Shown in pieces: positions 22,840 through 34,499 of a stretch of DNA of 64,000 bases. Position numbers and translations under genes: made by a program. The stretch lies in NCBI RefSeq assembly GCF_000143415.4, contig NW_003314269.1, forward strand, positions 2,425,544 through 2,489,543. The letters run 5' to 3'. The notes beneath the pieces are model-generated. The model made no database searches. It saw nothing but the letters and a program-made list of their open reading frames with translations, and was not told the DNA's origin. The stretch comes from Selaginella moellendorffii (Eukaryota > Plantae > Lycopodiophyta). Position 1 is the stretch's first letter, and each line of letters opens with the position of its first letter.

Positions 22840-25290
22840 ATGCTTCTCCAGCAGAGCTTGCGCAGCCTGTGCGGCAAGAGCGGCTGGTGCTACGCGGTCT
22901 TCTGGCGCCTCAAGCGCCGCAATCGCATGTAAGTTTCTTGGATTTCGCTTGGATCGCTATCGATCGCCTACGTTTCGCGAATTTCTCCCTCGCGATCGAT
23001 GGATGCCAGGGTTCTTACTTGGGAGGATGCCTACTGCGATTACTCCGCAGCGGCGGCCGCCAGTGCCGCCGCCGCCGCCGCCGCTGCTGCTGCTGGAGGA
23101 AATCTTCTCGATCAAGCGGCAAACTCTGGCGCTCCGGGGGCGAGTTCTTCTTCTCACGATCAGATTGGCTTGGCGGTGGCCAAGATGTGCTACCACGTCT
23201 ATTCCTTGGGCGAAGGGTAACGAGCATTACCTTGCTCTAGGATATTTTTTCTTGTCTTGTTTTGCGTTTTTAGCAGCGAGCTCTAATTGTGCGATTTTTT
23301 TTCAAGGATAATTGGTCGTGTAGCTTTCACACAGAAGCACCAATGGGTCTTTGGACGAGTGGACGGAACGTTACATGAAAAGGTCTTTGCATTCTTCTTG
23401 TTGTTTTGTGGTTTGCCTTCTTCTTTATAAGTTTTTTTTGTTCTTGTTCATCACTGACAAGATCACCTGTTTGATGAGCAGTACCCGGCTGGATGGGCGA
23501 GCCAATTTGCTGCAGGGATTCAAGTGAGTTTACATGTTCTTGGGAGGATCCTTCTCTCATTTCGTTTCTGAATAGCAATGTGCTTGCAGACCATAGCTGT
23601 TATATCCGTGCCGCAGGGTGTTGTTCAGCTAGGATCTACGCAGAGAGTGAGCAATCTTTTCACTTCATTCTTTTCGTTTTTGATGTCTATTGGCAGATCA
23701 TGGAAGACTTGGAAATGGTTTCGCACGTCAGGACTATGTTTTGCACGCTTCAAAGGGTGCCTGGAGCATTTTTCCCTGACTACGTGAATGCCCAAGCAGC
23801 AACTCAAGGAGGAGCTTTTCGGTATATGACTCCCATCCAGGCGCTTACGGCAGCACCGGCGCCAAACCTTCTTACACATCAGCCACCGTTCCCGTTCAGC
23901 TGTTCTTCGAGATCACATGTTTCTGGTGGAAATCTCCTCCTGAATGCAGGTGTTGCGGCGTCAAACTTAAGAGACATGGAAAACTTGTTAGCAGGTCCGA
24001 AGAACGTTTGTGATGGAAGTTCTCCTGCTATGTTTCCATCCACCGGGACAACGGTTCTGGATCAAGCCCGTCATAGATCGAGAGGAACGAATGAAGCTTG
24101 CAGCAGCTTTGTGGGCGTTGGTTTTCCTTGTGAGGCTCGGCATGATGGAACTTCACCGACTACTACACTCTCATATTCTAATACGGAAGAAAGTACAGAT
24201 GAAGCTCATGGCCGGCCTCCTGGTGTAGGAAGCTCCGGTAGTGCAACTGAGCTTCCTGATCTCGACAGCTTGCTACTCCCAGCAGATGCATTTCACGACC
24301 GCGGGTTTGACAGTCTAATGCCCAGAGGTGTTGAAGACATCGACCAATTCTTCGCTCTGCTGCCAAAAGATAGTAACGATTTCCGAGAAGAAGATTTGCC
24401 AAAGGTGGTTCCAGAAGCAGGCATCGAAACGCAAGCGATGGCAGCCGATATGAACTTGTCTGTTGCGCGGGATCATGCGTTTGGTGCAAGCTCAGACTTT
24501 GTTTCAAGTATGCTATTCCCGTCGTCGCCATCGGCACTACAGAAAGATGAACAGCAGCCGACTGGTGTCAAGCGAGCTAGGCCTCAAGAAGAAGGAAAAC
24601 CACAATCAAGGGGCAGGCCGCAAATTCTAGACCGAGTGAAGGAGCTCAGAGGCATTGTTCCAAACGCAGAAAAGGTATGATTTTTTCTCTTTTTGTCTAC
24701 GTATCTTTTTTCAACTGCTCATAAATGTCTGCTGATCAGTGTAGCATCGACGCACTTCTTGAGAAAACCATCGATCATGTTCGCTTCTTACAGGCTGTGT
24801 TGCAGCAAATCGGAAGTTCGAGCAGGCAAGAGGTACCTCTGTTCAATCTTGACTACTTTCTCTTTACTCTTTCTTCTTTTGCTGGAGGTTGACAACGGCG
24901 CAAGCTTGGCCATGAAAGCTGCCCGGTTCCTGTCAAAGACATGAGCGCAATGCTGGTGCCTATTTGTAGTCCCGCGTTTTGTTACCTATATCAATGCAGG
25001 TTAACGCTGCTCTTGCAGATGATTTGCGACGAGAAAAAGAATTTCCTAGTGATGGCAACACATATTTGTGGCTTGAGTTCCGTGGTTATTCACGGAACAG
25101 TAGAAAAGATGTCCGTCCTTGAGGTGCGGCCACAAAACTTTTCTTTCTTTCCTTTTTTTTTTCCCTCAAAGAATCCTTTTTTTTTTCTCTCAGGCTTCGT
25201 CGGAGGATGTTCGTAGATTTCATGCGCTCGCTTATGCGCCTATTCAGCGAAATAAAATTGGTATGGATGATCTGTCTTCTCTTTGCTGAT
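22840..25290 (+). CDS. LONESOME HIGHWAY-family atypical bHLH (3' end uncertain)
   Basis: MLLQQSLRSLCGKSGWCYAVFWRLK...VLTWEDAYC, SLGEGIIGRVAFTQKHQWV, QFAAGI.TIAVISVPQGVVQLGST and ILDRVKELRGIVPNAEKCSIDALLEKTI. Confidence 0.88.
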
Positions 25291-25993
25291 TCAAAGCTTG
25301 ATCAACAGACACAGAAAACACGAGCTAAGCCATGATCCGTCAGATACAAAAAAAACTCGTCTTACTGGTAATGTATTTCATAGTTTCGTCAAAGTTGTAA
25401 GAAGTAACAATGCAGGAGGAGAGGACGTCGGTTGTAGCACGGGAAAAATCACGTCGCTGGAGAGATCACTGAAGATCACTTTGCCCTCATAGCCTAAAGG
25501 TAGCCAGAGCTTCTCTTTTTTCCATTACTATTTGTTGATTGATCAATGATGCGTGTGTGGTCCTTGCAGAAGGTCGTTCTTCGGTGGTGCGAGCATCGTC
25601 TCGAGAGAAAGGAACGTGCCGTACGCCCAACCGCGATTTCTGTCATGTAGTTGTCACTTGCCTATGGTCATGAAATTTTAACGTTTTAAAAGGGATCCTT
25701 GTTTCCCTCGCATTCTTATCGTCATCCCTAATCTTTAGTTTTCGATTCAACGGTGAGATAGGGCAGGCCGGACGCGGAATCCGATCGATTCTATCGATCG
25801 CCAGGGATTTCCACAAAATAATATATCGATCCATCGTCTCGAGCGATCGCGCCAATGCGGTGACAGCGGCACAGTAGCTGGGAACGTAAGTACCGATTGG
25901 ATTTCTCCATCGTTGACCATTGGTGCTTAAAAATCTAGCGATCGAGCCACTGGCACCACGAGTCCTCGTCCTCGTTTTCTTCTAGCAAAGGCT

Positions 25994-28900
25994 ATGGCTT
26001 CGCAGGATGATCAAAGCGATCATGGAGGAGAGGGTCCAGAGATTGCAATTCTCTTCGTGGTTGTAGCGTTCTTTATTGGGACGCTCTCTCGCCAGATGCT
26101 CGGCAAGATAAAAGTTCCCTACACTGTTGTTTTGCTAGTCATTGGAATTGGACTTGGTTCTCTCGGTACGTTTATTTTTATCTCCTTCTCACTGTTTATG
26201 CTACCTTTTGTCCCAATCTCCAGAGCATGGAACTCATCGTGGCCTTGGAGCACTTGGTCAGAGTATACGAATGTGTAAGTAAACTCTCTCTCCAGCTCTC
26301 GTGTCACAAATTCCCGCGAGATGAAATGTTTTCAGGGTCCAAGATCAATCCAAACCTCATACTGTTCGTGTTTTTGCCTGCTCTCCTCTTCGATAGTTCT
26401 TTCTCCATGGAGTTCCACCAAATCAAGGTACTGGTTTCAAGTAAAGCTTCGTTAGTGTCCTGATTCTTCTGGTCATGCGGACAGAGATGTATAATCCAGA
26501 TGTTGTTGCTCGCGGTCCCTGGAGTGATCATATCGACTGTTTGTCTCGCTCTCGTGCATCACGTAAGTTCAGCCTGTTTGGAACGAAAGTGTATATTTGG
26601 CTCTCCTGTTTGCCAGTGTGTGTTTCCGTATGGATGGAACTGGAGCATTTCCTTGCTCTTGGGAGGCTTGTTAAGCGCTACAGATCCCGTGGCTGTGGTG
26701 GCCTTGCTCAAGGACCTTGGAGCTAGTAAGAAGCTCAACACCATCATCGATGGAGAAGCGTTGATGAACGACGGGTACGTGAAACTTGGTGTCAAATTAT
26801 ACATGTGTGATAGTCGTTTCATGTGCTGCAGGACTGCAATGGTTGTGTTTGAGCTGTTTCATCAGATGGCAATGGGCAAGCATTTCTCTCCAGGCGATGT
26901 GATCGAGTTCCTGTCTAAAGTCTCTCTTCTTGCGTAAGGATTTTTACTTCTCTTACTCTCTCTTTCGGATTCAATTGATTTGGCTGGGGTTTTGCTCGCA
27001 GCTTGGGACTGGGTTTGATTATTGGGATGATAACGGTACTATGGCTGGGATTTATATTCAACGATACTGTTATGGAGATTACATTGACATTCACAGCAAG
27101 CTACTTCGCTTTCTTTCTAGTAAGATATTTACCTGAGAGGCTTTGAGGTTATATTTGTAACAACTTCCTGTGCTAGGCACAATCTGTGGCGGAAGTTTCC
27201 GGTGTCTTGGCCGTCATGACAGTTGGCATGTAAGATTCCCGTGTTGAAGCTCATAATGTCTTTGCTTTCAAGGTTTCTTGCAGCTTTTGCCAGGACTGCT
27301 TTTAGAGGTGAAAGTCAACAAGCTATGCATCACTTTTGGTACGGTGTGTGTATATCAGCCGCTGGGAATAGGAACTAAATAAACTAGCTTTCAGGAACAT
27401 GGTCGCTTATTTTGCCAACACTATCATCTTCTTGCTAAGGTAAGTGTGTTTTTCAGCAAGACAAATGTTTACATCGTCCCGGTTCTTGCGCAGCGGCGTT
27501 GTCATTGCCGAGAACATCCTACGAAGTCAATCGCTTATTGAAGGTAGATATATATTATCTAGTGGTGGAATTCCTCGTACTAAGCTTCGCGGTTCAATGC
27601 TGTTTCCAGCCCGAGACTGGGGATATCTGGTTCTTCTTTACCTCTTTGTCCAACTGTCAAGAGCTCTTGTGGTGGCAGTTCTGTATCCTGGTTTAAGATA
27701 CTACGGATATGGTCTAAGTTTGAAGGAGGCAACAGTTCTTGTTTGGGCTGGCCTGCGAGGGGCTGTTGCTCTAGCGCTATCACTTTCTGTCAATGTAAGT
27801 GCCTAAAGTAGTCATGCTGTGCTGAATTCGGGCTGTTTATGCAGGTTTCTGGGAACGTCTCGGAGATCACCCGAGCAAAGGTTAGCTAGCTAGCTGATAG
27901 TTTGTTTTTCTCAATGGATACCTTATTCGGTTTTCTAGTTTGTATTTTTCACGGGTGGGGTGGTGTTCCTTACGCTTACTATCAACGGGACTACAACACA
28001 ATTCCTTTTAAGGTTCCTTCGCATGGAAAAGACAACGGATACTAAGGTACGCTACGTTATTTGCAATCCACTGACGCGTTCTCACGGTCTGAACTTGTAG
28101 AGGCTTGTACTAGAGCATGTCATGCATGATATGAATATGAAAGCGGTTGAAGCGTATGAAGAGCTTGGAGAAGACGAGGAGCTCGGACCTGCCGACATGA
28201 CAACTGTATATAAGTACATTGGCTGCTTGAACCAGTTTGGGAGGGGTCATCATCCCCATGGATTAGCACCAAATGTCGAGGATTCACGGAGTATACAATT
28301 GCAAGATACGCGCTTGCGATTTCTAAACGGTATGCACTGCCAATTCAACTCCTTTTGGATGTGACCAGTTAACAAGTGTGACACAGGAGTACAAGCTGCA
28401 TATTGGCAGATGCTAGAGGAAGGGAGGATTTCGGAGAATGCTGCATTGTTGCTAATGCAATCCGTAGACGAAGCTCTCGACGGAGTCGCCAAGCAGGAGG
28501 AGCTTTCGGATTGGACTGGTTTGCGGCCATACGTCCACATTCCGAAATACTTAAAGCTCTTGCAAAGCAAACGCCCCTTCTTTCCACAGAAACTAGTGCA
28601 CTATCTGGTAGTAGAGAGGCTAGAACTTGGGTGCTATGTCACCGCAGCATTTTTACGTGCGCATGTATACGTTCGGCGCCATATTCGGGATTTTATTGGT
28701 AAGCTCCTGCATTAGTTGAAATTTCCCTACATTAGCAGCTCTGCCTTTCAGGTGAAACCGAGGTAACAAAAGCTGTTATAAAAGAAAGCGAGGACGAGGA
28801 GCTGGAAGCTAAACGATTTCTAGAGGACATCCGACTTACATTTTCACAGGTATGTCACAGCTTTTCCTCTTGTTCTTATGAACTTGCATATTAAGTAAGT

Positions 28901-30467
28901 ATTAATGCAGGTGTTACGAGTGGTTAAAACTAAGCAAGTTGTACATGCAATTCTAGTACGCCTCCATGACTATATCAGAAGCCTGGAAAAATCAGGCCTG
29001 CTGGAAGAGAAGGAAACTGTGCAGCTCAGTGATGCTATTCAGGTAAGGTACCAAGCTTTCTGGAGTAACTTGACAGATTACGTTTTATTGCAGCTAGAGC
29101 TAAAAAAACTACTAAGAAAACCTCCTACTGTAAAGATACCCAAAGGCTCTCAGGTTTTGCGTGATCATCCTTTCATTGCTGCCCTCCCCGATCACATCCA
29201 GGCGCAACTTGTGAGCTGTGCGAAGCAGTGCTTGAAACTACGTGGTAATGTTATTTGCGAAGAAGGCTCGCGAGCGGATGGCCTGTGGCTTATAGCAAAC
29301 GGAGTTGTCAAAGTACGTTAAGTTCTTCACTCCTCGTCTCACGAGCATTTTGTGTTTGCACAGTGGAGCAAGCGAAACTTGGACAAGAACCGCTCTCTTC
29401 ATCCAGTTTTTGCCCATGGGAGCACGCTGGGTCTCTATGAAGTTCTCATGGGGATGCCTTACTTGTGCGAGTTGACTGCGGATTCTGTGGTTCAGTGTTT
29501 TTTTCTGGAGGCGTCCAAAGTGCTTTCAATTTGTCGATCCGAGCCAAGGCTAGAACACTACTTTTGGCAGGTACACTCTTTGTTTCCTCTATTTTCTTGG
29601 TGCCATTTCAAAGCTTTTGTCTGCAGGAAAGTACACTTGCGATATCAAAGATAATTCTTCCCGAGACATTTGAGTTGCTCGCAATGCATGAACTGCGATT
29701 GGTGTTTGAAAGCTCTAGTACCACAGTATCCTGCCTCCGAGGTGAGGTTGTCGAGCTTCGGCCTGGTGAAACAGCTTTGCTCGTCGATGGATTTATCAAA
29801 AGAGACGAAAGCGACGAGATTATAGCTGCCCCTTCGGCTGTTGTCTGTCCGCATCGTGCTAGTTTGCAGGCATCTGGTAACACGACATGCGTTCATTCTT
29901 TCACATGTCTAAACGCTTTGCGGTTTTCAGATGGAATTTACTATGGAAGTGTTCTTGATGTCGTGGCACGATCACGCCTGATCATTATTAGATGCGATTT
30001 GTTTACCGCGACGTCTTCCATGTCGCTGCTTCCTCGCCGTTCTAGCTTGGGACGTGATAGCTTCATTCAGCGAGCTAGAATGAGCAGTTTTGATCGGAAA
30101 CCAAGGTCAGGGAGAGCTCGGAGTTTCGCAACTTTCTTTCAGGTACTTACAAGTGCATTTTAATAGTTTCTGTTGTTTATTCTTCTTTTTTCATGAGGAA
30201 CAGCCAAATATTCAACGAAAGAAAAGCAGCACTAGTCAAATCCGGCCAGAGCAACAACAAGAAAAGCCAGCTGCATATCTATCACTACATGAAACTCAAC
30301 TGGCCAGCTTGCCAAGCATTCCAGTTTCCGCGCATCTTGCACCCCTGCGGACTCAAAACCGACGAAACGACCGCGCCGCTTCCAGAGATTCCAGTGACGC
30401 GTCGGACGACGAACATATCGTAGAAATCGAGTCACCGAGTGGTCTCAGCTTCAACAATGTTTTCTAG
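25994..30467 (+). CDS. SOS1: SOS1/NHX7-like Na+/H+ antiporter, copy B (complete, multi-exon)
   Basis: Membrane domain (SATDPVAVV, GEALMNDG, WAGLRGAVALALSL, FTGGVVFLTLTINGTTTQ), cNMP-like domain (GLWLIANGVVK, HGSTLGLYEVL) and C-terminal DDEHIVEIESPSGLSF*. Confidence 0.94.
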
Positions 30468-31552
30468 TGCCTCCTTCCAGGCAGCGCTCCTCGATATGGT
30501 TTTCTAAGCGACGTTGGCTATGGTTTCTATAAAATGGTACGTAGACTGTCGATGTTTTGTCTTGACTTTGTTGGCAATGGCAGCAAGGCAGCGAATTTCG
30601 CGTTTTCTATGGGTGATTGCGGCTGCCATGGCCATTTTATATTAGCGTTTCACAACCAGAGATTGGAAAAACATCTACTAATCGCATGTTACAGGATAAC
30701 ACGCGGGCACCGGCTTTAAAACTTGTTGGAAGGATCGTGGTAGCTCGCGATTTACGCAGACAATTCCAAGGAGTGCATACCAGGTACTCGAAGTTTCTGT
30801 ATAAAACAGTTCCCGAGGATCATTGATCATGAGTCTGGAACTTACTTTTTTACGTGGGCATCAGGGAGGCCGAGTCATTTGGACGCGTTTCAGGCGGTGG
30901 TGCTCGGTGAGTGGTGATGATGTATCTTTTTCTTAGCTTGTAAGGCTTTCGCGTGGTGCTAAGTGATCTAACTTTGTTCTCTCGCTAGATCTCTGTGCCT
31001 GGCTGGACGCACAAACGCGAAAATGGCTAGCTCCACGCGACTGTCCCTCGCGCAGGAGCTCCATGTGCTCACATTATCAGCCGGAATCTTTGCTGTAAGT
31101 TGTACGCCGCACTACAGGATCTCTTCGCCTTCCTCTTGAATCTTGAGGCTTCTTCTCTGGGCGAGTAGAGCTCGCACAGATGCGCTGCTTTTACCACCTT
31201 GGAAGCAAGCTAAAAGCTGCGGGATCGAAAGAAGAAAAACAAAGAAGAGAAGAATCGATCCGACTCACTCCAAAAAGGATCAAGGGTTGTTTTCTTCTGT
31301 ATTATATGCCTTTTGTTTGTGCGCGAATCTAGGCAGCGCGAGAGAAAACACAGCTGTTCTTTTCGGAAAAGCTTGTTGACCTTGACTGGAGTGGACTACC
31401 GTTGACTGGCCATGGAAAAACGCGGGGAAGGTCTCGCATTTAATGGAAGGTTGGTCGCATCGCAGGGGGAGGATTGGGGAAGAAGACAATGCCAAAATGA
31501 ATACACGCTTCGCAAGTTCCACCCCCAACCCGAGGGGTCAATCCATTGGCAG

Positions 31553-31556
<4 letters not shown>

Positions 31557-31586
<30 letters not shown>
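31557..31586 (+). repeat. (GA)15 microsatellite
   Basis: Read directly. Confidence 0.95.
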
Positions 31587-31595
<9 letters not shown>

Positions 31596-32291
31596 ACTCC
31601 CTTTCCTGGATCTTCCTAGTTTTGCTCGCGGGGTCGGTGTTAAGTTGATCGAGACGACGAACTCGCTTTCTATAACTCGCTACCTGACGGACGAATCGCC
31701 CCCTGTGCTGATCTCCTACAGGCTATGCAAAAAAAAAAAGGAACTCTGATCTGATCACGCACGAGTATATTATAATCTCTCTGTAGAAGACTACTAGCGA
31801 GAAGTCAGCGTCACACAAACGCACAGGGAAAAGAAGCAAGACGAGACGCGGGCGAAGGCACAGGAGGAGAGAACACTTTAACCTGGGCGATTGAATGCAG
31901 CTGTTGGCTCGCTCCTGCATTGATTTCTTTTCGTTGGAGATGAGCAGCAGCCCAGCAGCCGCAGCAGCAGTGACAAGCAATAATTCATCACCTCTCACTG
32001 GCCTGCCACTCTGCTCTGTTGATCTCTCTCTTCCCAAATCCAAAAAAATCTCACTCCTGCGCTTGACTTCCCTCGCCTCGCAGCAGCTGGTTTGTTTGTC
32101 CCTGTCCTCGTCACGAATTTAGAACGGGGGCGTGCTTCAGCTGAAGCCAACCGGATCAAGATCGAGAGAGATTCCGTTCTATAAGTTGCGCAGCAAGACA
32201 CACATTTAACTTGTTGGTTTTTTCTTCTTCTTCTTCCCGGGAATGGAAAATCTCCGCGAGCTTCCACAGGTATGAATCCTGGAATGGATGG

Positions 32292-34172
32292 ATGGAGCTG
32301 CACCAAGGGATTGAATCGCTGGGTATGAGAAGGGAGCCCACCAGGGAGTTGACTGTAGTAGGCCGGGAAATTCTCAAGAGCAGCGACGCCAGATCAAAGA
32401 CCAACAACAACACTGGTGCCAAGAAGAAGAAGAAGAAGAGGAAGCCGGACATCATCGCGCCCTCGCCATCGTCGACCACCAGCACGACGAGCACAACCAC
32501 GAATTCTCCTTCCGCATCTCCCAATCCCATCGACAAGAGATGGTTCAGCGTCTACGACGTCTTCCGCTGCAAGCAGCTCCACGTCGAGCTCTCGGCGCTC
32601 ACGGCAAACTCCCATCGCTGCTACACCAGGAGCAAGAGCAAGAACAAGAACGCCGCCACCGCCACCGCAGCCGCCGCAGCCACCACCACCACCACAAGCA
32701 ACGCAAACAACGCAAGCAAACGAAGAACTTTCCCGCAAGAGCGCCACCTCGTAAGGCTTCCAGGCGATCATCACGAAGATGGAGAGGAGGAGAAGAAAAG
32801 CTTTCGTTTCTCCGAGGAAGAACAAGAGGATGATCGGCACCAGCAGCAGCAAAAGGATCGAAAGAAGGCGGAGATGTGGCGGAGGATGGAGATGGTCCGC
32901 CGCCTCCAATCGGGCGACATAGAGGAGCAAACCAGCGCGGCGGCGGACATCCGCGCGGCGTGCCGCCGGGACGGCGACGCCCGCACGACGCTGGCGCTCA
33001 TGGGCGCCATCCCGCCGCTCGTCGCGATGCTCGACTCGCTCAACACCGCGGCGGCGGCGGCGGGGCTGGCGGCGCTGCTCAATCTCTCCGTCCGGAACGA
33101 TCAGTAAGTCCCTCGCTTGACAAAAGCTCGATCGTTATGTTACTCTTGCAGGAACAAGGCGGCGATCGTGGCGGCGGGAGCCATCCCAAAGATCCTCCGC
33201 CTCGCCAAGAGCCACCCTGGCTCCCACATCCAAATGCAGCTCCTGGAATCCTCGGTGGCGGCGCTGCTCAGCCTCAGCGCTCTCGACGCCAACAAGCTCG
33301 CCATCGCCGCCTCCCCGGGCGCCGCCGCCAGCCTCGTCGCCACCGTCCTCGACAGCTCCTCCACCGACCAGGCCCGCCGCGACGCCATGGCCGCGCTCTA
33401 CAACCTCTCCCTCTGCCCGACCAACGCGCCCGTGCTGTGCGCCGCCGCCGCGGTACCCGCCGTGCTGTCGGCGGCGTACGAGCCCGAGCTGTGCAGCCGC
33501 GCGGTAGCCACCGCCGCCAACCTCGTGTCCACGTCACCCGGCCGCCGGGCAATGGCGCGGGTGGAGAGCTCGTGTCTCGTCTTCACCGACATTCTCAACT
33601 GGTGCCGCTGTGGATACTGTCCGAGTGTCGCCAGCCCGTACCGCGGCGGCGTCGGCGGTACCGTCACCCGCGGCCTCATCGAACGCGCGGTATACGTGGT
33701 CATGGTCCTGGCCCAGTGCAGCCAGTCGCAGCGCCGCGCCATGTGCCGCGCGGGATGCTCGTCAATGCTGCTCGAGCTCGTTCTCATTGGCAGCCCGGCC
33801 GTCCAGGACCGCGCGTCTCGGACTCTCCAGTGCCTGGCGGCGGCCGACGATGACAACTCCTCGTCGACGAATTCCTACTGCTGCCTGCTGCTCCAAGAGG
33901 GCGAGGGAGACGATGAGCAGCACCAGCAGCACGAGCACCAGCAGCGGCGGCAGCTTCTCGAACGAGAGCTCTACTCGGAGGAGCGACGCGCGGTAAACAG
34001 GCTGGTGGAGCGGAGCCTCAAGATCAACATGCAGCGCATCACCGAGCGCGCTTGCATTCCTCTTGCTGCTGGTGCTGCTTCGGATGTGACCACTGCTGCC
34101 ACTGGCACTACTGCGACTTCGTCGTCATCGTCATCATCCACATCTTCCACTCGTCCGCTAGTCAGCTCGTAG
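32292..34172 (+). CDS. Armadillo-repeat protein (PUB-like ARM region, no U-box seen), 2 coding exons; start uncertain
   Basis: AAADIRAAC...ARTTLALMGAIPPLVAMLDS, ALLNLSVRNDQ/NKAAIVAAGAIP, LLSLSALDANK, DAMAALYNLSL, LLELVLIGSPAVQDRASRTL. Intron ~33104-33151. Confidence 0.85.
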
Positions 34173-34499
34173 CTCTCGAAAGCCATTATTTGTACGTAGC
34201 GTATCACTTCCACTTGGACTTGATTCGGACTTGATTCGAAGACTGGACGGGGATCTCTCACGGCACCACATTTCCTTCCCTGCCAGGAGAGTTTGACCGC
34301 TTGTGTGCTTCGAGTTGGACGGCTCCCACCGACTTCTCGTTTAAACCGTTTTGGTTTTTGTCTTTCGTAGAACGCACAAAATGAATGTGGCAAACGGCCA
34401 AGATTCTCATGTATCTGGAAGTTGTGGAAGATTAGAAAGAAAAGCAAAGGCCTTACCAGTCAAGCGGCGTATTCCTCTGCCAGCTTCGATGGTCTTCTC

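Noticed and set aside
32394-33996. Long alternative-frame and antisense ORFs over the ARM gene (likewise over PPR, DREB2, H2B)
   Set aside because: Shadow ORFs expected from high GC3.
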